Below, piece after piece: positions 11,302 to 22,944 of a stretch of 39,697 nucleotides of DNA. The stretch lies in assembly GCA_051942245.1 (NCBI GenBank), contig JAVECL010000175.1:1-39697 (forward strand), written 5' to 3'. Position 1 is the first letter of the stretch, and each line of letters opens with the position of its first letter. The stretch comes from Trypethelium eluteriae. Lineage: Eukaryota. Below the pieces are notes generated by a model, which was not told the DNA's origin, searched no databases, and saw nothing but the letters and a program-made list of their open reading frames with translations. The position numbers and the translations under genes are program-made.

Positions 11302-14300
11302 GGCCGTCCCCGAAGAATAATTAGCATTTCAGTCAAAAGCTCTCCGAAACGAGTGCAGGAAATGCTGGCGTGGGATTCACTTTTGCGGCAAGAAAAAGAG
11401 GATGAGTTCCTAATTACAGAATTCAAGCAGATCTTGAGTATATTACACGTGCAAACTTGATCCGAGTCAAAGTGTAGCGCTGCAGCCACAAACAACCAAG
11501 GTTCATACTTTACGTCTTCGGCTGTGGAGAAAATTGCGCAAAAGCCTGGGCTACAGAGACCTACGGTGAGCCCCGGATATTGCTTCCACGATTTCTGGGT
11601 GCCATTTCAAGGGCCCTTCACGTCAGGTAGTGATAAGCGTCGGTGGCGGCGCATGTTTGAGCATGTTTCTCTTACAGAGATACGATATCGTGGGACATAG
11701 CCACGGAATATCATACTAAAGCAGCAGTAAGCGGATGCATTGGCTAGCGTGGCAAGGACATGGACAATGTCACCGCCCAATCAATTTCAACTGACAAGCT
11801 CTTTACAAAAATCACGTTGTTTCTTCCACCGTGGAATTGAGACGTAGAAAAGCCGCAATACAGCGCAGAATACTCCGTACCTTGATTAGAGGTACCTCTC
11901 TCTCTACAATTACCTTCGGAGATTTGTCCGTTCCGCTCCCCGGCTAATATTCGGACTGATACGATAATCCTTCGCCACGAGCAAGACAGTGAATTCGTTG
12001 AACCAAAAGGAACGAACCTTGTGGTCCTTTTTGGTTACGTCACAGCATCTGACGGAATCGCTTTCTCTTTAGTTTGAGAACATGCAATTGAAAGATTGGC
12101 TGGATATATCGATATCACTAACGGTGTAGCTTCGCGACCGTCAAGCTGCACGACCATCAATCTGATACGTGTCGGTCCTTGCGGCCCCTTTTCACGGGTG
12201 CTTTCATATTTATATTTGTACAAGACCTGAGGGCCATCACGGACGCTGAAAGCCTTATATTCCCTCGTCCGTAAGATGACTATTGTTAGTCGCGATGGTT
12301 TTCCATCTTAACATCCGACCGGGAAGGGTGAGATTCTCGAGCCAAGCTAACCCTCAATGCTATCAAACTTGGGCTTCAGCCTCTTCTAGTACAAGCAAAT
12401 CGAATCAAAATCTCCAACGATGTCCCCGGTTATTGCAGTGGTGTCATCCAAGGGACTGCCAGCCGAAGCTTGAATGCGGTCCTCAAAAATCTTTGCTTAA
12501 CCGCAAACCGATAATGACCGGTTGCGACGGTCGTTGACTACCAAGACATGATCCAGTTTTCCAGCACAATCTTCAAATGCAAAGCTAGAAGCTGCCTTTC
12601 CCCTTCCCCCTCTAAGAGGCTGTCCAGTGGTCGAATGACTACCAGCTCTCTGACTTAATTAGCAGCTAGGAGCTTTCATTTGCTAACACGTAAGACTCTG
12701 ATACGTACATCATCGTTATCGTACCGCCCCCGGTAGCAATTGGTTGTGTCGTACTTGTACATACTGAGCCGCCACATGATGCTTGCTGGATCGTCTAACT
12801 CCTGCTATGCCGAATCCCCGTAGGGTCCGCTAGTCTTCCATTGACATTATATCCGTTCGGCAGAAAGGCAATCACTTACACGCCTTCAGACCGAAAACTC
12901 GCCGCAGGCATAGCTAATCTAGCTGTTTTTTTTTTTTTTTATTTTGTGATGAGAGCACAAAGATCCTCATTTCCCCATAGTACGCGTGACAGCATTCCTA
13001 ATGAAACCGCAGTCAACCCTTAACTATCCTCAACAATGGATTTTGAGGCTTCTACAGAGTATTGTTGGAGCATGCTGAAAGCTGGAGATCTGCCAATGCT
13101 TGCACCGCCGCAGCTCAAGCCTTGCTCAGGCGTAATCACAGAGTGCCCAAATGTTGTCCAAGCTCAGATATGGCTACTCAGTGTGTCGCAATTCTGGGTC
13201 CGCGCTCTTTAGACCCGCCTCCAGGAAAACATCGTCAAGTCTACGCTACCATCGTAGGGGCTCAAAACTGGACCCCTAGCATCAATGAGATCCATCAATC
13301 ATGTTGGTAGGTCTCTGGCCCGCCTTTTAAGCCTTTCTGGTTTCTGGGGGTACGGCGCTCCTACATACCACGCTTCATGCACGCTTCCATTTTTCTTCTT
13401 AATCCTATCTCTGCTGAATAGTTTGTCTATCTTATGTATACAATTATGTTCAACTATATTTGAATACTTGTTTCTGATTGTAAATTCTTACAATGGCTTT
13501 TTTAGATATCATGATGTATAAAGGGATCCAGATTTCAGAGCGTGATCAAGCTTTTAGGGATCGTGCTACTACAAGCAAAGCAGTACTGGAAATATCGATT
13601 AAAAACGTGGGTGGTGGCCATTTCAAAGGAATGAAAATTAGCCAGGGTAGAATAGGCTGTCGCTGGAAGCTGTGAGTCATGCATTTGCTTTCTTTATCAT
13701 TATTTATAGATTTAAAAGTATAATAAGTTCTTTTTAGCTGATAGAGGTTTTGACACTAGAGGAAGTTTTAGCGGATCTGGCGCTGCGTCCCCAGGCACTA
13801 ACCAAATGAAGACTCCGCACGGAGACTTTCTGTCGCGTCCGCGTTCCTTCACCGGTTCAACTGAAACTTTCCTCTTCACCGTCAAAGTTCCGTCTTCTTA
13901 CGTGATAAAACTTGAACGGGGCTCACCGTGGAACCCAATGTGCCATTTTGGATTGATCTTAGCGACTGTTCCTTCCGCTACAACCCAATGCAGGGACGAG
14001 CACGGGGCTGCAGGTCCACCCGTGCAGCTGACGATTTGCCCTTCTCCTCCACTTATCTCCGCTCAGTTGCAACCGTAGGGCTATGGAATGCAATAAAGAT
14101 CAGTGACTGCGCGTGCAATTGAGCAAAATTGGACTACGCCCTGATCATCCAATAAGCCGTGACTGGACCAGCAGGCACAGGTTGAGAGGATGTACCACAA
14201 ACTGGTCGACCGGGCTTTCATAGAACGGAATACGAGCAGCGACACTCTTCTACGCCTTCCAACTTGGCAATTGAGAAATAGATTTCAATTGGTCTCTGAA

Positions 14301-14757
14301 GCAAAAGCATACCTGTCGTGCCATGGAAATTCAAAGAGAGAATGAAGATTGTGCCCTGTTTTAAACCGCAACGAAGTGAACACGGCGTCTATGTCTGAAG
14401 ATCTGGCCGGTAAATGGGAAGATGTCTTCAAAGAAGAGGCCAAGACTATTCAAGCGCCGATTGACTTGACCAGAGCTAGAGCCATGTCAGATATGGTGCG
14501 GTCCAAAGTGGCGGCACTAGATTCAAGACAACAGGTCAGATGCTCTCCACGGGAAAATCGAGAATTCCTGACCGTTGCACTGATGTTCCCTTTCCCTGCT
14601 GAAGTCACGTAAAAAAAGCTAGCTCGGTTAGTGATTCAAGAATCGTGTCTTGGCAGAGATGTCTATAAAATGCTGAGATGCTCTACGGGCAATTGCCTTC
14701 TGGAATAGTAGGTCTTTTGCTACTAAAGGCTTGTTGTTATCTACTTGTGAAAGCAAG

Positions 14758-17700
14758 ATGTTTTTCATGTCTCCGAGATCGTCGGCCAGCTCAATACTGT
14801 CGTTCCTCTTCATCGTCACTTTTGCTCTCTCTATTTCGTCGTGTCTTTGCAGAAGTATAGATCACAATCCTAGCCCAGAAAGCAGTCCGCACGAACACTT
14901 GATTGAAGCAAGAGAGCTCGGCCCTCGAGCTGTATCGGCCTTGACTTCACCAAATGGCTCACAGATCATCAGAAGGCCGAGTCTTGGGCATCAAGATCCT
15001 CAAGTCCTCCCTCCGATTCCAATAATTCCGTTATCCGATCAATACATCGCGCAGGCACAAGATAATGCTACTGGCGGGACGGCGGAGGCCGGCTCTCGCC
15101 TTCGATCAAGAGACTCAGAACTAGATCACACTCTTCACGCGCGACGCAGATACATGTAGTGGCGGCTCACCATGCACGGATGGAAGGTATGTATTCGTCA
15201 AAGTCGACACATAGATCAAGCAACGATAACTGACGATACCCGTAGTTGCTGTAGCAAAGATGAGAAATGCGGATTTGGCCCCGATTACTGCGGATCGGGG
15301 TGCCAAAGCAATTGCGAAGCTGCCGCAATGTGTGGAAAGTACAGTGTCAATGGATCCCAGCCGTGTGGAATGAATCTTTGTTGCTCCGCTTACGGTGAAC
15401 GCTTCCAAGGACACTCTTGTGCTCACTGCTAATGCTTTGCAGGTTGGTGCGGGACCGACGATGCGCACTGCAGTACGACAGGCGATGCACCATGTCAACA
15501 AGGATTCGGAAAATGCAGCACAGCAGTAGCGATACCGACGTGCGCAAAAAGTGGAAGTACAGGTGGTCGGACGATAGGCTATTACCAGGTATCCAACAAT
15601 CGGACACGCTTATGCAACCGTATCTCTCCCCACAAAATTGATACTACGGGATACACGCATCTTTATGCGGCGTTCGCTGCAATCGATCCAATCACTTTTG
15701 CTGTTGTGCCGGCCGACACTCCCGACGAATCGAAATCGGCGGATGCACAAGTGTACAGGGATTTCGCAGCTCTCAAGCACAAGGGTTTGGAGACATGGAT
15801 CGCTATTGGTGGCTTTGACTTCAGCGATGCTGGACCCACGCATACAACCTGGTTCGTGGACAGCTCGTTCTCACTTCAAGACTGACCGAAATGTAGGAGC
15901 GACATGGTTTCTACATCTGCTAATCGAGCGGCATTTATCACATCCCTGCAGCAGTTCATGGCTAGATATGGTTTCCAAGGCATTGACATTGATTGGGAAT
16001 ATCCTGGAACTCCCGACCGAGGCGGCAAACTCGAAGATACCCAGAATCTGGTCCATCTCGTTAAAGAAATGCGTGCAGCTTGGGGCAAGCAGTATGGAAT
16101 CTCTGTGACACTTGCTCCGGACTACTGGTATCTCCGGTTCTTTGATCCCGCGGCGATGTACGATTCTGTTGACTGGTTCGGATTCGTGGCCTATGATCTT
16201 CACGGATCTTGGGACGCGGATGTCCACGCCCTCGGCTCTATTGTTCGGGGACAGACTGATATCAGAGAGATCAAGAATGACACTTTGCCATTCTGGTTCG
16301 ATAACATTGACCCGGCAAAGCTCAATCTAGGTCTTGCGGCATACGGTAGAGGCTATACACTATCAGACCCGTCCTGCCATTCGCTTGGATGTCCGTTCGA
16401 TGGACCGAATCTAGCGGCACAATGCACGAACCAGGCTGGAATCGCATCCCTCGTCGAGATCAAGAACCTCGTAAATGAATTGAAACTCACAGAAACTCTC
16501 TTGAGTGGTTCGATGATGAAGCAGATCTCTTGGGGCGATCAGTGGATCGGCTACGACGACCATGATACCTGGGCAATGAAGAAGAAATGGGCGGATGGCC
16601 TCTGTTTCGGGGGAACAATGGTGTGGAGTGTGGATCTAGACTCAGGCTCTGGAAGGTGAGCAGTAGTCAAACCGTCAGGGAGCATTCTAACCGAATGACC
16701 TGTTAGTGCTGCGCCAGTTACGACCGATGGCACCTGTGGTTACGGCAACGGTGGAACAGTCTGTGGTCATTGGCCATCGGGAAGTTGCTGTTCTTCAAGT
16801 GGCTTTTGTGGTCACACTGATGCATACTGCGGAGGAGGATGCCAGTCGGGATCTTGCTTGACTGGTTTGCCTACTACTGATGGTACCTGCGGGTCTGCTT
16901 TCGGTGATTCCACCTGCGAACTTTGGGGCGATGGCCTCAGTCACGCGTGCTGCTCCGGCTCCGGGTATTGCGGCTCCGGAGAAGATTACTGTGGAGCTGG
17001 CTGTCAGTCCGGTTTCTGTGATAGCGGCATCATCGTCGGCAAAAAGGGAGTCAAACCAAGTTTGGGTGGCAATCAATTGAATCCAGATTCTAGCTGCCAA
17101 GATCTGAAAAGTATGCTTGAATCGCTGAGAGCACGTTTCCTCACTAACGCATTTCAAAAGCCTACCAAGGTTTAACAGGCAATGGAACCGCTGGTGCTCT
17201 TACTAGCGATATGTGGGACATGGTGGACGCTTCTGCATATTTGAACGGTTGGTACCACAGTCCGTTAAAGGCTGCATTGCTGATAGAATCCAGCTTTAGT
17301 TAGTAGCAATCAAGGAACTTCATCATTCCAATTCGATTTTGCAAATCCCTGGGGAATAGGACAAAGTTGGGGCCGTTGCAAATCTGGTGATGATTGCACG
17401 ACACCGGACTGTGCTGATTTTGACGACTTGATCAATGCTCCAAAATCGGCGGCAGCATATATGAACATTGTCGCTCAGTCAAATTTACACCAGGTGCGTA
17501 CGAAAGCACATCCCGCAGATCTTGCTGACAAGGTTTAAAGGTACTCCAAGAGCTCTACAAGGCTACCCAGAATGAAGTCAATTCTTTTGGCACAAATTCA
17601 GCCTGGCTCTCGTCAACCTTTGATAGCCCGCTAGCGGACCAGAGTGATCTCTTCACCAAGGAGCTCATCAACGGCTTCATAGGTATGTCTTGAAGCCCGT

Positions 17701-18927
17701 CGTGGAGGATCGGTCGTTCTGAATTATTCATAGGTGCGTTCGCCGTTGCAGCCGCCGCCAGTGGAAATGTGGGCGCAGGGGCTGCGGGAGCATTTGCCTC
17801 CGCCGTCGGCGCCGGTGTCCTCGAGGCATTTCCAGATCCAGAAGATACGACTTTTGAAGATCTAGGAGATATGGAGATGTATGTTGTCAATCCTTCTGTT
17901 CTTTTTTGCTATTGCTGACCGTCTCGATCTACAGAGCGCTCAACACAAGTTTCTCAAATGCAGAGAGTAGCCTTCTAACCATGGAGGCGGACTTTTCGTT
18001 GCACGGGCAATCCGAGGGTCATCAGTTTGCCGATCTCTTCCAGCACGGCGCTTTTGTTGACTTCAGGACAATCGCCATTCTCAACGATGCGCTCCTATCG
18101 ACCGACCAGCTCAACAAGATCTTTGTGAAGCACATGCAAGCGATGGTAGTGAATTGGGCTTGGCACCAGTCTAGGACATGGATATTCTCGTATCCAATGA
18201 CGCCACAAGATTTTGACAACAACGTAGCAAACTCCGGCAGCAATGAGCCTCGCTTGAAACTTTACCATAATGGAAGGGGATACTTTTTCCAAACTCTGCA
18301 GTCGACGCAACAAGATTCTTTCCGTGTACCAATTGTTCAAAATCCTCCGGGTTGGGGTGTGAGTTGAAGAACGTCCTACGCAATGCCCATCATTATTGAT
18401 CAGACTCCCGCTACCCTTGCTCTGCGATGATATTCTACTCATTTACTTTGTTGGCGAATTTTTTAGAACATCATGCATAAGCTAACCTTTTTCGTCGAAT
18501 TCAGGATCTCGCGAATGGAGGCAATCTTAGTTTCAGCGCGCACGACATCATCGTGAGTAGCGCAGATGGCTTTGACCTCGGCGGGTACGGCTACAACCCC
18601 ATGGACAACTTCATCAACAACGACCAGTTCTACGCCGATGTCAACCTTACAACAGATAGCGTCCAACTGCCCGGGATTTTCAACCTTCCGATCTGTCCGC
18701 TGGACGAGTCGCCTTTGGGCGTCCACAGTGTTGCTGATGCGTTTGGCATCTTGGCGCCGGTCGGTGCGTATTGGTCGCCAGGCCCGGAGCATCAAGATCC
18801 TTCTGTGGAAAACTCGCCGTTCTGCTACTGTCTTGGCATTAAGGATAAGGATGGGGCGCTTTTCGAGGACCAAATCGATGTTAAGAATTGGGCGACCGGG
18901 AATAGACCTTGGTGTGCGAACGGGTAG
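14758..18927 (+). CDS. Secreted subgroup C GH18 chitinase: signal peptide - 2x CBM18 - GH18 - 2x CBM18 - ~500 aa unknown C-terminal region
   Basis: Exons 14758-14931(?), 15125-15186, 15246-15394, 15443-15851, 15897-16655, 16707-17110, 17170-17247, 17294-17493, 17541-17682, 17734-17878, 17935-18358, 18505-18927 splice in frame via GT-AG introns. Motifs WIAIGG, FQGIDIDWEYPG (DxDxE intact), YDLHGSWD, GGTMVWSVDLD, and hevein-type CCS..G.CG....YC repeats. First junction uncertain. Confidence 0.88.
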
Positions 18928-19559
18928 AACTAAAGCTTCGTTGTACTAGGTGAACTTTCATTGTAGGAAGTTGCACTCCGCGAAAGCCTCTGGTTCGGAT
19001 GCCTTTTTTTCCCGGCTGCGTTGTTGGATACTTTTCGTTCTTGGCATTTAAAGGTTGTTCATCGTCAATCCATACCAAAATTGTATCACCCTCCATGCGA
19101 TGTGTCCTTACTCTTAGACCTACCTTTCCGTGCAAACAAAGTCCTCGACAAGTAAGATTACTGCAGCTTCAATGGCTTGGGATCCTGCTTACCAGAATGA
19201 TAACTCAGTCTGCACAGGCACAGTGACGAGCGTAGTGTCTAGACCCAAGTTGTCTTTGTCTTTTTACTAATTGTCTCAATTTGTGCTCGCTAATTCTGCA
19301 GACATCACTTGAGCACACGAAAAGCCCCTCATGAACAAACTTTCCGCAGCAGACTGTGCCTCTGGAGGTATTGATAGGAGTCTGTAGGTTGGTAAGTTAT
19401 CAAACTTTCCAGCTCCAGATTTCAATAATGCCTTTCCAATATCACCTTTGTGAATGGCTCAGTCTTGAACTTGATCTTAGTATTAGTCTCGATCTTTGGT
19501 TTGGTCTAGGTCTGAGGGCTTGTGTAAATACTTCACTGGATGAAAAATGACCTTTCTGG

Positions 19560-20260
19560 AAACTAGCTTTTTGGAGAATTTACTATTGGCTAGAAAACTC
19601 TTTTTGCGACTGTGTTCAAGCTTTGCCATCCTTGAACCAAAAGGCAACTTTTAGCGTGCTTTGTAGGACTATAACTGGGTCCTGAAAGAGGAACTGGTGT
19701 AAGCACTAAGATTAGATCCCTGCGAGTTCTTAGATTCGATTGGAGGAATAAAAGGCGTTGATAATCAGCAGAAGTCCCAAATCTAGGCACTTTCAGCTTT
19801 GAGTCATGCTAGCTCAGGTTACACTTATCCTAGCTCAAGGCTGTTCTGAGTTTGCTCAAGCATACTCAGTGTGGCTCAGCCACGTCTCAGACTACTGAAT
19901 CAGCATTTACCTCACAACTCTCTGTAACTTATGTCCAGAAACAGAAATCACTTTATACGAGATTGTTTTGCGTGTGAATGTGTCCGCTATGTTTTCATAC
20001 AAAATGACCTCTTTATACACCTGATTCGGTTGGTAGTATTAACGTGCTAACTCAGTAATAAATATTATACTATGCTATTTCTAAGCATTTACCAATTAAC
20101 GCCTTATATTAAAACTAAAAAAACAATTTTTTTCTAAACAAAATTATTAATATATTTTGTAATCACTCTACTTATCGTATATAATTGTAACGACGCCGCT
20201 AATAGTCTCGCACGATTTATTATATACGAAACATCGAGTACGTTAGTGGTCGTCGGTCTC
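19560..20260. repeat. AT/TpA-rich relic DNA, probably RIP-mutated transposon remains
   Basis: Many CTAG/TTA/TAA words; 20040-20185 is extremely AT-rich versus the surroundings; TGTAACG (LTR-start-like) at ~20186; no coding frame. Confidence 0.45.
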
Positions 20261-20513
20261 GCTACCGTATTTTAGATTTGCCATTGAGATCAGGCGAAAA
20301 TCCAATCAAGTACCTAACTATGTTGACGTTGCGCCCACCTTCTGTGAACTGATATCCCACACTTCCACATTCATCAATCACTTTTACGCTCATCAGCCAT
20401 TTTTACACTCAACCACTTGCACCCGACCAGCTGCACAACATCATAAAAATTGCCGTGGAGACCCTCAGAGACATCTTCGACCCAATCAGCATTGACTGGC
20501 GGTCGCCACAGAT

Positions 20514-21655
20514 ATGGACTCCCTTATCAATACACGTTTCATGGTGCTATCAGATACCCACAACTTCAGCTTTGAAGACTACCCTGGACAGGATTTCCGG
20601 CAGGGACTTCCTAAGATTGATGTGTTGCTCCACTGTGGAGATCTCACTCAATGTGGCGGCATTTCTTCTTTTAAAAGGGCTCTAAGCATGCTTGGAAGCA
20701 TTGAGGCGGACCTCAAACTCGTGATTGCTGGCAACCATGATCTGGAGCTTGATAAAGATTACTGGGCTACCCATCTCGATGAAGGAGACTTGGTGGAAGA
20801 GCATGATGAGGCGATGGACGTATGGACTGGGAAGGCCGCCAAAGAAGCCGGCGTGGTATTCCTGAGCGAAAGCACACATACATTCATTCTAAAGAATGGA
20901 GCTAAACTTACCATTTATGCTTCTCCATACACGCCGGAGTTCTGCGATTGGGCCTTTCCATATGAGCATAACTTGGATCGATTCAATGGTGACGAGGATG
21001 TCGACCACGACCGAGGAATCCAATCCATCGCCAAAAATCCAGTGCCAAGCTTCCCAAACATCGACATCATGATGACACATGGACCTCCTTAAAACATACT
21101 CGATGAATGCCCTCAAGGCCGTCAAGGCTGCGATAATATCCTTCGCGCTACTAGCCGTGCCAAACCTCGCCTCCATTGCTTTGGCCATATACACGAAGGC
21201 TACGGCGCTACGAGGATAACTTGGCAGTCCGATGGCGCATTTGTGATGTTGTAGTATACAACGAGATCGGAGGAAACCACTCAATTGACCTATCTAGGTC
21301 GCCTGGGGTGCAGGCTATTATATAGACCTCCCTTGATAAAGGTGAGGGCGAAGAGAAATTAGGATCTACTATGGGGCGTAAGGATCTACATGAAGGGATC
21401 CGAGCGCGTGTGTGATGTGGTAAATACCACCTCCGAGGCTATCTTGATTGGATCCTACTCCATGAACAACATCAATTTGTTGCTGAAAATTTGGTTACCA
21501 CACCGACGAAAGATGCTCGACATATGCTTTTGAGCGAGGCTAATGGTCTCGAATTCGGGACAAATACCTTTATGGTCAACGCTGCAATCATGACGGATAA
21601 CAACGAGCCTCTCAATCTTCCATGGGTTGTCCTTATACCACTTCCTCAGAATTGA
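20514..21655 (+). pseudogene. Calcineurin-like metallophosphoesterase (MPPED/239FB-like), disrupted
   Basis: Motifs LSDTH, LLHCGDLT, IAGNHD, MTHGPP, HCFGHIHEGYG and C-terminal TFMVNAAIM..EPLNLPWVV; in-frame TAA at 21090-21092 and an insertion at 21244-21474. Confidence 0.9.
21244..21474 (-). mobile_element. 231-bp solo-LTR-like insertion with 5-bp target-site duplication
   Basis: TG...CA termini; perfect 9-bp inverted ends TGATGTTGT / ACAACATCA; flanking ATTTG at 21239-21243 and 21475-21479; TATATAA on the minus strand (21318-21324). Removing the element plus one TSD restores the host frame (DGAF/VAENL). Confidence 0.88.
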
Positions 21656-22944
21656 AGGCTCAGTGTGAATGCTATGGATCAACAGCATGGACCCATGCTC
21701 TCGCAGCTTGGACGATGTAGAGACAAGTGCGATTACACGGAGCGATCCAAAACATTCCGCGACCACTCCAGAGTGACGAGATATTGTTTCCTTTCTATAC
21801 TTCCGGACTAGGGTTTCCTTATCCCAGCATAGGGCACCCCCCTGTAACTCAACTAGAAGATCTGTCCACTGGATTGACGGAAAAGGTACGCATATCTCCA
21901 TTATCACTCATTCGAGCTTAGGTTGGATGGAATACAAGATCTATTCAGAGATTGGCCAGTCACATAGAGATTCAACACTTAGCTTCAAAAGTCCATGACG
22001 TTGAGCTTGAAAATTCGTACTGTGTTTCAAGTTACCTATTCAAGTGACTCTCGAATGTCTCCAGAACGAAGAAACGGCACGAGCAAGGGGCTACAAATTG
22101 GGCTCCTTCTGAAGATTTCGGCCGATTGCCTAAAACAGGGGTCCCAAGTTTAGGCACCACTTAGGTTAGATCATGGCATCATGCCAGCTACACCCTTGTG
22201 TAACTCATATCCGACAGTGGAAATGGATTCTGTATGAGGTTACTTTATCCTTGAATATTTCCCGCTATATCTTTAAATTCAGGTACGTCCTTGGCTTGCT
22301 CGTCTGTGTGGTTGTATTTGTAGTCATGATAAAAATTGGTCTTCCTTGTCTTGCATCCTGCATCGGTGGTCCTTGAGAACGTCATCTGGAGTCATTGATA
22401 CAAGGGGGACTAAAATGTGAAGAGTCAGTACTACTTGTGGCAGCTAAAAATTGCTTTGCCCATGTTCCGAGTCTCCGTGACAGTCTTTGCCTCATTTTCG
22501 GACCGTGGAGAAGGACCTGGTAGACGTATCGAGGACCAGTCAAGATCCTTTGAAAGCATCTCATTTCGGATTGATGCGACGCTGCGAAGCCTCAACAGAA
22601 ATTTGAGCTGGGGAAGGAAACCTTGTTCTGGAGGTCAACGTTTCTTATTGTCCCCACTGGTGAAAAGTTCGATTTGCAGAAATGAGTGTCCAGTGAAGTA
22701 GAGTCCTCGCCGAGCCATACATACTCGTGTTCTGGGTTGATCTAAATGAAAGTTCTTGCTATATTTGACTTTCGCCATGAGTCTAGCTCTAACATCGTAC
22801 AGAACGATTAACAATATACTAACTTTGCATTACGGAGGATCGGACAAATTCGATACTCCCTTCGAGACACCTGACCCGGTCGAAGACATCCAAACTCATC
22901 ACTTCTTCCTTCCACCGTGGAGATCAGTATATGGAGTCACTCGT

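Noticed and set aside
21251..21455. Treating the phosphoesterase interruption as an intron
   Set aside because: No good donor, branch or acceptor; TSD and inverted termini explain it exactly.
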